In this document: positions 25,821 through 39,857 of the stretch, one piece after another
Numbering within the stretch: position 1 is the stretch's first letter
Layout: each line of letters starts with the position of its first letter
Assembly: GCF_006345805.1 (NCBI RefSeq)
Contig: NC_043000.1
Coordinates: forward strand, 34,658,001 to 34,722,000
DNA from: Octopus sinensis
Lineage: Eukaryota
Length of the DNA: 64,000 bases
Direction of reading: 5' to 3'
Notes under the pieces: model-generated
What the model saw: only the letters and a program-made list of their open reading frames with translations
Database searches by the model: none
What the model was told of the DNA's origin: nothing
Made by a program: the position numbers and the translations under genes

Positions 25821-26050
25821 TATTTCTTTATTGCCCACAGGGGGCTAAAACATAGAAGGGACAAACAAGGGTAGCCAAAGGGTTTAAGCCAATTACATCG
25901 ACCCCAATGCATAACTGGTACTTATTTAATCGACGCCGAAAGGATGAAAGGCAAAGTCAACCTCAGTGGAATTTGAACTCAGAACGTAATGGTAGATGAA
26001 ATACCACTAAGCATTTCACCCAGCATGCTAATGATTCTGCCAGCTCGCCA
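25821..26050 (-). mobile_element. Meta-like SINE with the alternative tail
   Basis: The plus strand shows gaaaggatgaaaggcaaagtcaacctcagtggaatttgaactcagaac...cagctcgcc; tail tatttctttattgcccacag. Confidence 0.8.
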
Positions 26051-26063
26051 CCACATATATATT

Positions 26064-26320
26064 GTGAAGGTGCATGGCTTAGTGGTTAGGGTGTTTCTCT
26101 CATGATTGTGAGATCATGGGTTCAATTCCCAGGTGGGGCGTTGCATTGTGTTCTTGAGCAAAGCACTTCATTTCACGTTGCTCTGTGATCATTTCATCAT
26201 CTGACATGGTGCACCTGTACAGGTAATGTCGATTTGAAGGAGAGAGTGAATATATGTGTACACAAACATTCTGATCACTTGGAAACAAATTAGATTGCTC
26301 GTATGCTAATGACACTCATT
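26064..26320 (+). mobile_element. tRNA-headed SINE, third family
   Basis: A box tggcttagtgg (26075), B box ggttcaattcc (26119), body ttgagcaaagcacttcatttcac; related copies at about 20725 (+), 25560-25780 (-) and 61370-61540 (-). Confidence 0.75.
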
Positions 26321-26845
26321 TGTGTGTGTCATGCAATGTCAAGATGAGAAAGTACAAGAACACAAACATCTAAACATGCATATTATACTACATGCATACC
26401 AACATGATCATCGTTTTAACATCCACTTTTCTATGCTCACATGGGGTGTTGAAACACACTTTCTATGGCCAGACATTCTCCCTGTCACTAATACCATTAC
26501 CGTCTTCATTTAATGTCCATGGTCTATGCTGGCATGGGTTGGACAGACAGTTTGACTAGACCCAATGGGCTCAAGGGCCGCACTGAGGGCCAATGTCAGC
26601 TTTGACATGGTTTTTTTGCTGGATGCCCTTCTAATGCCAACCACTTTACAGCATGGACTAAGTGCTTTTTTTCATGCCACTGGCACTTTTGAGGTGTCTA
26701 TGCTGTTTGCAGGACAATGAACCCTGAGGAAGATGGGCAGAGCAGGAACATTGTGCGCTCTAGGACTAACTTATATTTTGCATTTGCAGCTCCGTTGGTG
26801 GCTAATGAGCCCTGCTCTTGACAAGCATACACGACTGCAAACATA

Positions 26846-26889
<44 letters not shown>

Positions 26890-27400
26890 CATATATATAT
26901 ATATACATACATATATACATACATACATACGTATACATATGAGCGTGTGTGTGCATGTTTATTTGTTCATTGCTTTAATGTCCATTTTCCTGTGCTGTTA
27001 CCTGAGGAGGCACTTGAGGCAGGATTTTTAATGGACAAATGTTCTTTCTGTCTTATTTTTCAAGGGACTTTTAAATTTGAAAGAGTTCAAAAGCACTGAT
27101 TAAGCAGACATATTGACAGGAAACGTTGACACATGTCCCTGGTAGCAGCTGAGACCACAGATAATGATATAACTGTTAATAGTTGCTTCTGCTCTAGACC
27201 CGGCCTTGTATTATAGCAGAAAACACTTGCCCAAGGTGCTGCACTCTGAGCCTGAGCCCAAAGCCACAAGGTTGACAAGTGAACTTTTTAACTACAGAGT
27301 TATGCTTGCACTTCTCTTGTCTACAATGGGCCTCGGCTAAACAAAGCCTTGCAAGAGCATTTGGTAAATGGAAACTGAGAAAAGCCCATCAAGTGTGTGC

Positions 27401-27435
<35 letters not shown>

Positions 27436-27479
27436 ATATATATATAGAGAGAGAGAGAGAGACACACACACACACATAC

Positions 27480-27511
<32 letters not shown>

Positions 27512-29014
27512 GTATGTGTGTGTATATATATACACATACCTATAAATATATGTATATATATATACACACATACATATATGTATGTATGTATATATATATA
27601 CACACACACACATATGTATATATATATACACACACACATATATATATCATCATCATTTACTGTCTGCTTTCCATGCTGGCATGGGTCAGAGATGGAGCTG
27701 GTCAGCAGGGAGCAGACAAGACTCCAAATGTTTGTTGTGGTTCCTATAGTTCCTATGACTGGACACCCTTCTCAATGCCAACCGAGTAACAAACTCTGTT
27801 GAGTGCTTGTTATATGCCACCAGCACAGGTGCATTTATGCAGTAGCAGCACGGGTGCATTGATGCAACACCGGCACTAGCACTTCTTAAGTGGCACTGGC
27901 ACTCGAAAGGACAAGCCTGTATGTGTGGAAGGCAGCAATTTTACTTAGCTTGATGCATCGTATCAAGTACAGCAAAAATCGCCACACCTCCCGATCCTTT
28001 GTCATTTTTTCAATGGTATGTATATATATTTAGTCATAAGGTCAGTTCCTAATAAAAACTGGTCAGTTGTTTCAAGGTTTAAAGTCCAAGTAAGAATGAC
28101 CATTGACAAAGGAATGCTTTATCCATTTTTACCTTTTTTTTTATGGCACTTCTAACAGACACTTTAGGCTGTCATATCCTTCCATCGGTTCTTAATCTAT
28201 TATTAAATTGAAGTTACAGTTAAACACTGCGTCGAAAATACAACATAGAAACAGAATTGTGAATTAGTTGAGTCAGTGAGAAATTAAACAACGTTAACAA
28301 TATTAAATAAAATATTTACAGGGCATCAATAAATATAGTCTTTAGCTTTTGTATAGATGTCATTAAGTTATTGTACAAATACAGGTTTGAATTTTATTGT
28401 GAAAATATAGTATTTAACAGCTCTCATGCATAGCTTTTACATAATCCGCACCTGTAAACTAGTTTTCTTTCAAATACATACAAATCAGATTAAAAGTGCA
28501 ACATAAACAAACAAACAATTCTTTCAAGCAAAGAAATGTATACAAATAGAGCTACAGACAAACAAGTACACACATGTATACAAACAGGCGCACATCATTG
28601 TCAGTTGGTGAATTGGCACAAAGTTTCATCATTAAACACCAGAACGTATTGAAATTAGAAAATACACTTGTCAAACTGGCTATGACCATTGGCAGATTTA
28701 ATTATGGATATAAAAAAATGTGTAGTAATTACTGATAACAACAACAACAACAACACCATCATCATCATCATTGTCGTCGTCATTTTAATGTCCACTTTCC
28801 CATGGTGGCAGGAATTGGATAGAATTTGTTGAGGCAGATTTCTTTCTGTGGTTGCATGCACTTCCTGTTATAAATCTTCACCTTTTTTCAACTTAGGTAA
28901 TATTTTCCCATGTTTCTGCAGAAGACTGGAAATAAAAGACACCGCCTGTGTGATGGTGAAACTCATTTACAATTATCCTGGAATGTCATGATGAGACACA
29001 AACACACACACTCA

Positions 29015-29045
<31 letters not shown>

Positions 29046-29051
<6 letters not shown>

Positions 29052-29393
29052 AAGTTTAAAGACTGAAAGATCTAATGGCTACAAATTAATTAATTAATTA
29101 ACTAATTAGCATATTCACCAACAATTGTTTCATTTCGCAACCAAAATTAAGGCTACAAAACATATATAAACATATAACCTTGCATCTTAAAATACCTTGG
29201 ATGGAGAATCATCAGGGTGTACAAAAGGATGATTTTCCGGCCAAAGTATTTCAAAATGCAAGATTATATATTTATATGTTTTGTGGTTTTAATTTTGGTT
29301 GTGAAATGAAACAATTGTTGGTGAATATGTTAATTAATTAATTAATAAATCAATTTGTATCCAATGGATCTCCCCATTTTCAAACTTAATAAT
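29046..29393. repeat. Foldback element, ~165-bp arms and 14-nt loop
   Basis: catattcaccaacaattgtttcatttcgcaaccaaaattaa is mirrored by ttaattttggttgtgaaatgaaacaattgttggtgaatatg; loop 29214-29227. Confidence 0.9.
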
Positions 29394-30110
29394 AATATTT
29401 GATATTTTATATAATTTACTCAATGAAGAAATATCTCTTCAAAATACAATCTATTAAACCAGTGTATTTTGGATAAATATTCTTATAAGAGGTCTAAATA
29501 TCCTCATAGTGATGATATATATATATATATATATCCCCACAATCATTTTCTTTCAGTTTCATCTACCAAATCCATTCAAAAGGTTTACTTGGTCCAAGTC
29601 TATAGTGGAGTCCACATGCAAAAGGTGCTGCACAATGGGACTGAAACCTAAACTGTGTGAATAAGAAGTGAACTTTTTGAGCATGCAGCTTTATGCATGA
29701 GGCCCAGGTATGAGCATGTGGCTAAGAAGCTACTTCACCAGCCTGATTCCATGCCACCTTTGGCAAATGCTTTCAGGGACCAACCAAAGACTTGGAAGTG
29801 GATTTGTGAAACTAAAAGAGATACATAGATAGATAAATATACAGAGACAAACAGACAGTCACAGATATATATACATCCACTCTTTCAAAGTGGTTGGCAT
29901 TAGGAAGAGCATCCAGCCATAAAAGCCATGCCAAAACAGTGGGGCTGTCTGTGTGTGTATATATACACATGTACTTAAAACTAATTACTGAACAATGGTG
30001 TACTAAATATTGTAACATGTACCTGAAAACAGTGATTGATGTAAATGCTTAATTAATGTCACTGAATGACTGGTGATTCACCAGAATTATATTTCAATAT
30101 TGTAACTTGG

Positions 30111-30338
30111 TTAAACCTTTCGTTACTGTATTTCTGTTGAGATGCTTTGTGTTTCTTTCAGTTACTTTAAAGATAACAAAGAATTTAGTAAAATCACCTA
30201 GTTATCATTCAGCTAGTGTTAGGAACATAAATTGTGACTAACGTTTGGTGGAAGATTTTAATTCAAAAGTTATGAAAACAAGACATTTATACTCAAAGCC
30301 AGAGCTGGTTTTAGCTGGGTTGGCAATGAAAGGGTTAA
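30111..30338. mobile_element. piggyBac-like MITE with TTAA termini
   Basis: TTAA-(a)cctttcgttac...gcaatgaaaggg-TTAA; second copy at 33407-33625; a third copy starts at 63987. Confidence 0.75.
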
Positions 30339-31012
30339 GATCCTTGAAATATCTATTTCAGTGTTATTTCTGAGGATAGTCTTGAAACGGTTGGTAATAA
30401 GTAAGTTTATGTTGTCCCTCATGACAATTTACTGACTATTTCCACTAGAAAGATTGTGAAGCAGGCACTGAGTGGATTTCGGTTCAATTTGTACTCAACT
30501 ATATCTCATATATTTCTAAGTTTTCAAAGAGTGTATTCATACCCAAACATATTGTGTGCTTGTGTGTGTGAGAGTAGAGAGAGTGTGTGTGTGTGTGTAT
30601 TTTATTCTATTACGTACTTTTTTGCTGTGTTTCTTCAAACAGTCGATAACGGATATAGAAATAATTTAGTAGCCTAAACTGTAGAACAATGGAGAAGCAA
30701 TACAATAAACAAAACAGGCACAATAGCTTGAAGAAACAAAGACAGAGAATTACATGAACCAAATATACCCTGGGTGAAGGAAAAGTTATCAAAAAAACTG
30801 ATCAAACAGAACAGAACATAGATTCCATGGAATCATAAACTGGCATAAATAATATATAAGAAAACAAGCAAAATGAAAACTCTCTTAATTAACAAAGTCT
30901 GTAAACCACTGAATAAACTTTGAGATGGCTAATCTAATTCATAAATCTGTCCATAAACAGGAAATACTGAAACAATTAGCCAGACATGTCTAACATGTTC
31001 TTGTTGATAGAC

Positions 31013-31180
31013 AATACAACCTGGAGCAATGTAGCACAGCATAACATGGAGCTAGTGTAATATGCAAAACAACATGGAGCTTGTGTAATAAACTACACTA
31101 TATGGGGCACTGTAACATTCCACACAACATGGAGCACTGTAATACACAACACAACATGGAGCATGTGTAATACACAACCC
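31013..31180. repeat. Degenerate ~28-bp minisatellite
   Basis: About six units related to acaacatggagca(c/t)gtgtaatacac. Confidence 0.75.
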
Positions 31181-31366
31181 ATCACTAGATAACAAAATAC
31201 AAAATTGACAACACAATTAACATATGTTATTTCACACGAGCACAGAAACACTGGTCATGGAAGTTTTATGGACAACATAATACTCACACACACACACACT
31301 CACACACAAACATGTATGTATGTATGTATGTATGTATGTATGTATGTATGTATGTATGTATGAAAC

Positions 31367-31584
31367 CAAGGCTGTGTAGATTTTAGAACATTTATAAATA
31401 TAAGGATATTTATTATATCCCTTCATCAGAGATGGTGTGAGAAGATGGTTAAACAATAGTTAATTTAGATAAGATATGAAATCTAAATTAACTATTGCTT
31501 AACCACCTTCTCACACCGTCTCCGAAGAAGGGATATAATAAATATCCTTATATTTATAACTGTTCTAAAATCTACACAGCGTTG
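31367..31584. repeat. Foldback element with ~104-bp arms, each carrying the 5' half of a hammerhead
   Basis: 10-nt loop at 31471-31480; arms read outward gtct-c(t/c)ga(t/a)ga-agggatat..atatcc. Confidence 0.9.
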
Positions 31585-31776
31585 TTTTTTTTTATCTCAT
31601 TACAGGAAAAAATTTTCTATATACACATGCTGATATATGACCTAAGTTGTACCTCTTGTTTGCATAATCAGTGAACCTGGAACTTAACTATGGTCTATCC
31701 ATAGCACTAATTCAGCATTACCTGACACCTTTGGGTCTTACTGACACCACTACTTCTCATAACTTCTCTCTCTCTC

Positions 31777-31810
<34 letters not shown>

Positions 31811-32034
31811 GCAGAAATTTACACAAGTCAAGCTGTAGCATACCAACAACTTTGATTGACACGAATAGTAAGCTCTCATGGATCTGTGATAAATACATTG
31901 CATCTCACTTAGAAGGGTTCAAGTCTGCTAGCCAAGAGTAGAAGATAGCTACTTCATATGTGAATAGGCTAGATAAAAATGTATGTCTCTTAACCTCTAC
32001 ATTGTAACAGAAAATATTGATTGTGCCACACCAG

Positions 32035-32190
32035 TTAGGTGTGTATGATATTCTTTTCTACTCTAGGTACAAGGTCTGAAATTTTGGGAGAGTGGGCCAG
32101 TCGATTAGATCCACCCCAGTACACAACTGGAACTTAATTTATCGACCCTGAAAGGATGAAAGGCAAAGCCGACTTCAGTGGAATTTGAAC
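32035..32190 (-). mobile_element. Partial Meta-like SINE, inverted near-copy of the 33005 SINE
   Basis: Shares private variants and the flanking gtgtgtatgatattc with the 33005-33236 copy. Confidence 0.8.
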
Positions 32191-32499
32191 ATCGTCAGCA
32201 GCGGTTCAAAAATGTCCACAAGGTGCTAATTTCCAATGAGACATGATATTGTCTCTAAAACCATCTTCAATGTTATATACAGGAAGAATACCAAAAGACA
32301 TGCCAAAAGCAGAATGTATCCAGACTCTTAAAGATGAGGACAATTGGTGGAACATTTCAATATAAACAGCAACCCAGTGTCAAAAACACAAGTATGAGAT
32401 TGCCTTATGGAACAAGGAACAAAAATCTCATATCAGTATATAGATGAGAGAAAGTTTTTTCACATAGAAACACACACACACACACACCAAGATATCGTC

Positions 32500-32880
32500 A
32501 TCGTGGTATTCCATCAGTTATGACGACGAGGGTTCCAGTTGATCCGATCAATGGAACAGCCTGCTTGTGAAATTAACGTGCAAGTGGCTGAGCATTCCAC
32601 AGACATGTGCACCCTTAACACAGTTCTCGGGGAGATCCAGTGTGACACAGAGTGTGACAAGGCTGGCCCCTTTTAAAATACAAATACAACAGAAACAGGA
32701 AGTAAGAGTGAAAGACAGTTGTGGTGAAAGAGTACAGCAGGATTCGCCACCACCCCCTGCTGGAGCCTCATGGAGCTTTGGGTGTTTTCGCTCAATAAAC
32801 ACTCACAGCATCCAGTCTGGGAATCGAAGCCGCGATCCTACGACCACGAGTTGCCCTAATCACTGGGCTGCTGCACCTCC
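32500..32880 (-). mobile_element. tRNA-headed SINE, fourth family
   Basis: Minus head cagcccagtgattaggg...gcttcgattccc; body gctcagccacttgcacgttaatttcacaagcaggctg; related pieces at about 1640-1760, 4990-5230 and 60540-60700. Confidence 0.7.
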
Positions 32881-33004
32881 ATGCACCAAGATATATGTAC
32901 AGTTATTCATTTACATATTCGATGATGATGATGATGACAAACTGCAGGAACGTCTTTGCTTTGTATGTTGATATGTTACAGCATGCAATATCATACACAC
33001 TAAT

Positions 33005-33218
33005 AAGGCGGCGAGCTGGCAGAAACATTAGCATGCTGGGCGAAATGCTAAGCAGTATTTCGTCTGTCTTTGTGTTCTGAGTTCAAATTCCACTGTGGTC
33101 GGCTTTGCCTTTCATCCTTTCAGGGTTGATAAATTAAGTTCCAGTTGCGTACTGGGGTGGATCTAATCGACTGGCCCACTCCTCCAAAATTTCAGACCTT
33201 GTACCAAGAGTAGAAAAG
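33005..33218 (+). mobile_element. Meta-like SINE, full length, with 18-bp target-site duplication
   Basis: aatatcatacacactaat at 32987-33004 and 33219-33236; head gagctggcagaaacattagc; gttcaaattcc B-box-like motif. Confidence 0.9.
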
Positions 33219-34735
33219 AATATCATACACACTAATCTTGTGTGAGTGTGTGTTTGTGCATATGTGTTTGTTTGTGTGTGCATGCTTGTATGTGTGAAAG
33301 TTCGGTAAGCATCCAATGAAATGCTGTTTCATGCACGTTCAAACACGTATAATTTATGCATGTGTTGCATAATTAACCACACATAATCATTTATATGTAA
33401 TGTCCTTTAAACCTTTCGATACTGTATTTATTTTGAGACGCTCTCTGTTTCTATCAATTATTTTAGATATAGCAAAGAATTTAGTAAAATAACTTAGTTA
33501 TCATTAAGTTAGTGTTAGGTACATTAACTGTGACTAAGGTTTGGTGGAAGATTCAAAACTTATGAAAACAAGATATTTGTACTACAGAGCCAGAGGTGGT
33601 TTCAGCTGGGTTGGTAACGAATGGTACTGAAACAATTGGAACCAATTCTAAAGTTATGCTCTTTTGATAGCCTCATCATCTTCCTTGTCTTATACACACA
33701 CACACACATGTATGCACATTGGGTAATTCAGCAATCACCAGAGACCATAACAGATTTCATGATGTCTTCTGGTAAGTGAGAATTAAAGAACAAAAAAAGA
33801 AAAAAAAGAAAAAAAACACCTTTAGAGTTGGATGTCACAAGAATTAAGGAAATATCTCTATGAATCCTATTGATATTCAGAATTTAACAAACTCATTGTT
33901 AGTAACAAAGAACTGTGTTCACTTCATTTTTCATTGGAACCTAAGTGAACAGAATATGGGCTGACAATAGAAAGAGCTGACTCTATATAAGTAGAAGATT
34001 CTAATTCTTCAAACACAAGCAGATGGTTTGAAATGTCTGGATGCTATTGAATTGATGTAAACCTTTATGAAGCTAAAAGTAATATGATATGGGAGGCACC
34101 CACAAATATCTGCCCAGCAGGATGGTTAAACAAACACAAGATAAAATATGTAAGCATGCATCAGAATAATATCACAGGCAAAAAAATTCTTTATAGCTTT
34201 CTGTTTCTTTTTCATATATTTTTGATGTTATTACATAGAAAAAAAGTTTCAAAACTGTTATTTCAGTATCATTTGAAAATATCATGTTAATAAATGGTAT
34301 AAACAGTCAATGAAAAGCTAATATGCAATTTGAATCTGTGAACATGGAGAGATCTAAATAACTTGGAGTTAATTGAAGATTTAAAGAGGAGATATATACA
34401 TGTCCAGACACAAACATAAACTAAAGCACCATCTGAATGTGGCCAATGCCAGTACCCCCTGACTGGTGGTATGCAAAAAGCACCATCTGAGCATGGCCGA
34501 TGCTAGTACCCCCTGACTGGCTCCTGTGCCGGTGGCACACAAAAAGCACCCACTACCCTCTTGGAATGGTTGGCATTAGGAAGAGTTGTAGAAACATTGC
34601 CAGATCAGACTGGAGCTTGGTGCAGCCACTGGCTCTCCAGACCTCAGTCAAACCATCCAACCCCTGCCAACATGGAAAACAGATGTTAAATGATGACGAC
34701 GATGATGATGATGATATATACACACATGCAGACAG

Positions 34736-36016
34736 CTTGCTACACCAGTCATTGGGTATGACTCCTTCATGAACTACCTGATTTACGGTGCGAGTGACAA
34801 GACTATAACCCACACCACCTGATATTTTAAGTATCTCAGCGGTGATTCCTGATAGGCCAGGTGCTTTCCTTGTCTTCATATCCTTAATTGTTTCATCTGT
34901 CCATTCAGGTAGTTGGTCCCTCAATTGGGTCAACCTTTGGCAGACTCTCCTCCTCCCATTAATTCTTCACATTCAGCAGTCTTTCATAATGGCATCTCCA
35001 AGCCTCTTTTTTTGCAGAATCATTAAATACAAGGTCACCATCATCCATGCGGATACATTTTCTCCTATGACATCACGGTTTTCTCTCACACACTGTCTTG
35101 CAATCCGAAATACTTCAGTTCTTTGGTCCTCATGTCGCTGAACATTGGCAAACTTCTTTTCTGCTACTCCCTTGGCTATGTATACCTATCTCCTAACTTC
35201 CCTTTTGGCTATCTGGTATGGTCTCCAGCTACTCCCACTTTTCCAGGCCTTCCAAGCCTGTTTCTTTGTTCTAATGGCACTGTCAACACCACCATGTTGG
35301 AAGGGATTTTGTACCAGCCACAGATTTGGTCTGTGGTGCTCAGCAAGCTTTCTTGCAGGAATTCCCAGCTGCCTTCTGTGTCACAGGACTGTAGCACCTC
35401 CTCCCTATCATCAATTTTTCGCTAAGGATACCCCTAAATCTCTGACCATGTGAAGGGTTCTTAAGATTCTGAGTCCTTCCTTTCCAGATTGGTCTGCTTT
35501 TTGGCATCCTTCTGGCCTCGAGTCGAAAGTCATTAATAACTAGTCTATGCTGGGGGGGGGAGTACATTCTTCACCAGGGAGGGTCTTTGTATTTAAGAGC
35601 AACCATGCATCCCACAGTCAGGTGCGAATGAAATCAATCTGGCTAGCAGACTCAGCTGATTGATAGGTTATCAGGTGGCTGGCTGGCTTCCTAAAGTTGG
35701 TGTTGCACATCAATAGGTTATTTACTTTGCAGAACTCCAAGAGCCCAGTTCCCTACTCATTTCTGGTACCAATTCCATGGCTCCCGTGCACACCATGGAA
35801 GATACCAGGTTGATGTCTGACATGCCCAACAAAATCTCCAGCCACAAAGATGAGATCATTGTCAGTCTTCCTTGAGGTAGCCTGCAGAAGAATATCATAA
35901 AAGTGATCCCTCTGTTCATTTGGTAGGTCTGCTTGTGGGGCATAGACAGAGACAATTGTAGCTATACCATTCTGCAAGACTAGCCTGAGTTTAAGTCCTC
36001 CATTGCACACCCTCAG
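34736..36016 (-). mobile_element. RTE-clade LINE fragment: APE endonuclease, linker and start of RT
   Basis: IATIVSVYAPQADL...IFVAGDFVGHV...GIGTRNE, then TNFRKPASHLITY and QHRLVINDFRL, ending DMKTRKAPGLSGITAEILKISGGVGYSLVTRTVNQVVHEGVIPNDW; frameshifted. Confidence 0.9.
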
Positions 36017-36190
36017 TAAAAATGCACAATTTGATGCTAGTCTGCAATATTACCATAATATAATCAACAGCACATTCTGCATAACTTTTCACGTGAAATC
36101 ATTTATGGGAAACAATGTTAGAAATGGAGTGGCACTCTTACAACTAATAATAAAGTTGTGCTAAATTCATTATTTTTACTGTTTGTGTTT

Positions 36191-36272
<82 letters not shown>

Positions 36273-36954
36273 CGTGGACTGAATCTCTTTAACGATTCAA
36301 AATAATGACTTTTATTCCTCTTAATTCTACCTCAGTTCATCTAATTGTATATATTTATCATTACTTTTCATAAAAAAAGCCTTTATTTTTTTGATATTCA
36401 ATGTGCATTTTCGCTTTTTTCTTCTTACTTTTCCCATATATATATATATATATGCGCATACATTTACCGATGCATGCAAGTGATCATCAACATCATCATA
36501 ATGTTATGTTTTTTTTGTTTCATTCTATACAGAGATTAGTTTGTCAGTTGCTGCCTTTACTTATTGACAGTATAAAAAAAATTCCACCAATCATTGTTGT
36601 GGTTTGTATGAAATACTGGGAGTTGGGAGGCAAGCCCTTCACAGTGTCATCTCTATCTTGCTTCAGACACTACAAAGTTTGTCAACCTAAAGAAGTGCTC
36701 ACTTCACTCTATACTGGTCTTAATTAGATTTACTGTTTTCTGAGATGGCTTTCGTGTATATAGGGGAGTGGGGAGTGGTTACATTGGAATTTGTTGCCAA
36801 TGAAGACAGTGAACATTTAACTAGTGACGTAAAATTAAGTAATTAATAAAAGCATCTGCAATATGCTGTTGGGATGGTGCTGTGTAATCTGAGAAATAAA
36901 GTTGTCTGGGTGAGAGTAGCTGATGTTAACATTGTGTATATTGAAAAATTTATA

Positions 36955-38152
36955 TTAGGTCATCAAGTATGAAATTTGTTGTAAGGTATATGGTGAACTT
37001 TGACAGCTGCTCATTTTGTGCCATTATTATATTTTGTCAATCTTTATTTTCTCTTAGAAAGCTGACACTCTATTTCTTTATTCTAACTCATTTTGTGCTT
37101 CCAATCTTGTTTCTTTCATATTTTTGTTTAGAGATGGATAAGTCGGAAATTCGTACAGTTTTCATATATGAGTTCTCTTTTGAAAATACAGCATCACAAA
37201 CAGCTCGATATATTAATGGAGTATTTCATTCTAATGTTATTACACAGCAGACAGTATCGAATTGCTTTGCAAAATTTTTTTCTGGTAACTTTAACCTCAT
37301 AAATGAGCAATGCAGTCAACCAGAAACAAAGGTGGATAATGATGAACTGAAAGCCACCATCGAGTCAGATCCAGCTCAAAGTGCCCGTGAATTATCATTG
37401 TTGTTTGGTGTTAGAAAGCAAACAATATTGACTCACTTAGTTCAAATCGTTAAAGTGAAAAAGTTGGATATGTGAGTTCTATATGAATTCAATGAAGATC
37501 AGAAACAGCAACGTTTGTAACATGTGATGAGAAATGGATCCAATACAACAACAGTAAACATACAGCTCAATGGTTGGACAAAGACAAGCCACCAAAACAC
37601 AGTTCAAAAAGCAAAATTCATCAAAAGAAGCTGATGGTATGTGTTTGGTGTGATCCATTATGATTTCATTAAACCTCGCTTATCAATCACGGCTGAAGTA
37701 TACTGCAGCCAACTGGACCAAATGAGGCAGAAACTTACAAAACAAAACCCACCTAGATTAGTGAATAGATCCACTCCTATTTTATTGCAAGAATAACACC
37801 AGACCACAAATCACAAAAACGACATTGGCAAAAGTACAGGAGTTGGATTGGAAGTTCTCCATCATCCACCCTACTCACCTAATCTTGCCCCCACTGACTA
37901 CCACTTCTTCCAGAATTTGGATAACTTTTTGATAGGAGAAAAATTTAATCCTGATGATGCTGTAAAACAGGCCTTCCAAGATTTTATTGACTCTAGATTG
38001 CCAGGCTTTTACAGTTCCGAGCTGGACAAGCTACCACTAAAATGGCAAAAGTGTATTGACGATATGGGTGCATACTTTGATGAATAAAACTATTCCTTGT
38101 ATTTATAAAACATTAGCAAACTTTTTTTCTTTTCTATAAATTAACGACCTAA
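36955..38152 (+). mobile_element. Decayed mariner (Mos1/Hsmar1-like, DD34D) element
   Basis: ATG 37134 MDKSEIRTVFIYEF...; VTCDEKW; HPPYSPNLAPTDYHFFQNLDNFL...KWQKCIDDMGAYFDE* (38087); internal stop and deletion; ttaggtc (36955) and gacctaa (to 38152) termini. Confidence 0.92.
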
Positions 38153-39195
38153 AAGTATGATTTAGTGAGAAATATTTTAGCAGAGCTGGAAGATTCCAGG
38201 CTGCATTCATTGTAATATCCATATTATGAGGATGCTTCAGTCAAGTTATATCTTCTCAACTTGGTAGCCTCCCTTACACCATAGTAATCCAGTCATTTGG
38301 GTCTACGACATTTCTGACCATCTAACCAGCTTTAACCAATAAGAATTCATCAAGTTAATGGTCTCAAAGAACATCACTTTCCACAAAAATTCATTAAATA
38401 TTGTTTGATTGAACAGACTTACACTTTATATGTGAGAAACTTTGAGTGACAATAGAATGAATCACCAAAAGATAGCCTGCACTTACACGCGTATACATAC
38501 GTACATACAGATTTTGTATTTACTTCACATGATTGTTCAAAAGTTCTAGCAGATATTGCACTTTAGGAGGGTCACTCTGCCAATACAAACACTCACAGCA
38601 ATGGTTATAGTTCACCTTTATAATTGTTAATTAATTACTTAACAATAAAGTCGTTAACTTCAATGGCTATGACAATGTGTGTGTACGTGCATGAAGGTAT
38701 TTCTGTCAGAGATACATTTAATACGATTTTTCTTCCTTTCTCCTGTTTTACTGCTTTATTCATATATGTTTTATATAAAATATATTTCTATGCAGCAAAT
38801 TTAAACAGAATTGCCCTGGGGAAATTAACTCCAATAAATGTAATTTATCTAAGAGAAAACACAAAAAAGAAATTTTTTTAAAGCCATTACAAACAGTTAG
38901 TGTTTTAACTATTCACAACTGAAAGATGTTTTTACTTCAACTTCAAAGTAAACAGCATTAATGTAATCAACAATACCGCTTTCATTAAAATGCAGTAAAT
39001 ATTTTATTTACTACATTTGAAGTCAATTTTATGTCATCTTGAAAACAACAAAAACAGTAATACATCTCATGTGATATTTAAATACATTGAATTGCTTATA
39101 AAACATGAATATCCATTTAAAAAAACACAAATACTTATCAAGGTTGTATTGTTTAGGAAACAGCAATACAGGTTTATAAAACAGTAATATATATG

Positions 39196-39237
<42 letters not shown>

Positions 39238-39857
39238 AAGAGAGGGGGGGAGAGAGAGAGACAGCTATATGGATATATGCAAAATAACTTAGTGTTTATA
39301 TACATACATATATCATCATCATCATCATCATCATCACCATCATTTTTCTAATGTCCACTTTTCCATGCTCACATGAGTTGGGCAAAACATGTTGAGGCAG
39401 ATCATTTTCTATGGTTGGATGCCTCTCCTCTTGTCATAACTTAACCTATTTCCAAGTGAAGTAATATTTCCCTATGACCAGACATGTTTCCAGAGAAAAT
39501 TGGAAATGAAGGAGACAATGTGCATGATGATTACACCCGTTTCTAACTATCATACAGTAATGCACACACACACACACTTACGTATATACATCTATGTCAT
39601 TCCCATCATTATCCTTGAATGCTCTCCTTCCATGCTGACTTGAGCTGGATGGTTTGATAGGCGCTGGCAAATTAGAAGACTGTGCCAACTTCTACTATCT
39701 GCTCTGATATGTTTCTACAGCTGGAAGCAGGCAGACAGTAGAACTTGGTGCAGTCTTCTGGCTTGCCAGTACCAGTAGAACAGTCCAGCCCATACCAGCA
39801 TGGAAACTGGACATTAAACAATAATGACAATTTTCTCTCCTTGTTTTTTCTGTGTCC

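Noticed and set aside
32250-32360. Second GIY-YIG remnant (NVIY...CQKQ...QTLKMR)
   Set aside because: It needs several frameshifts and is too short to support without an alignment.
36969-37133. N-terminal extension of the mariner transposase
   Set aside because: Transposase similarity starts at MDKSE (37134); the upstream codons are element 5'UTR that happens to be open.
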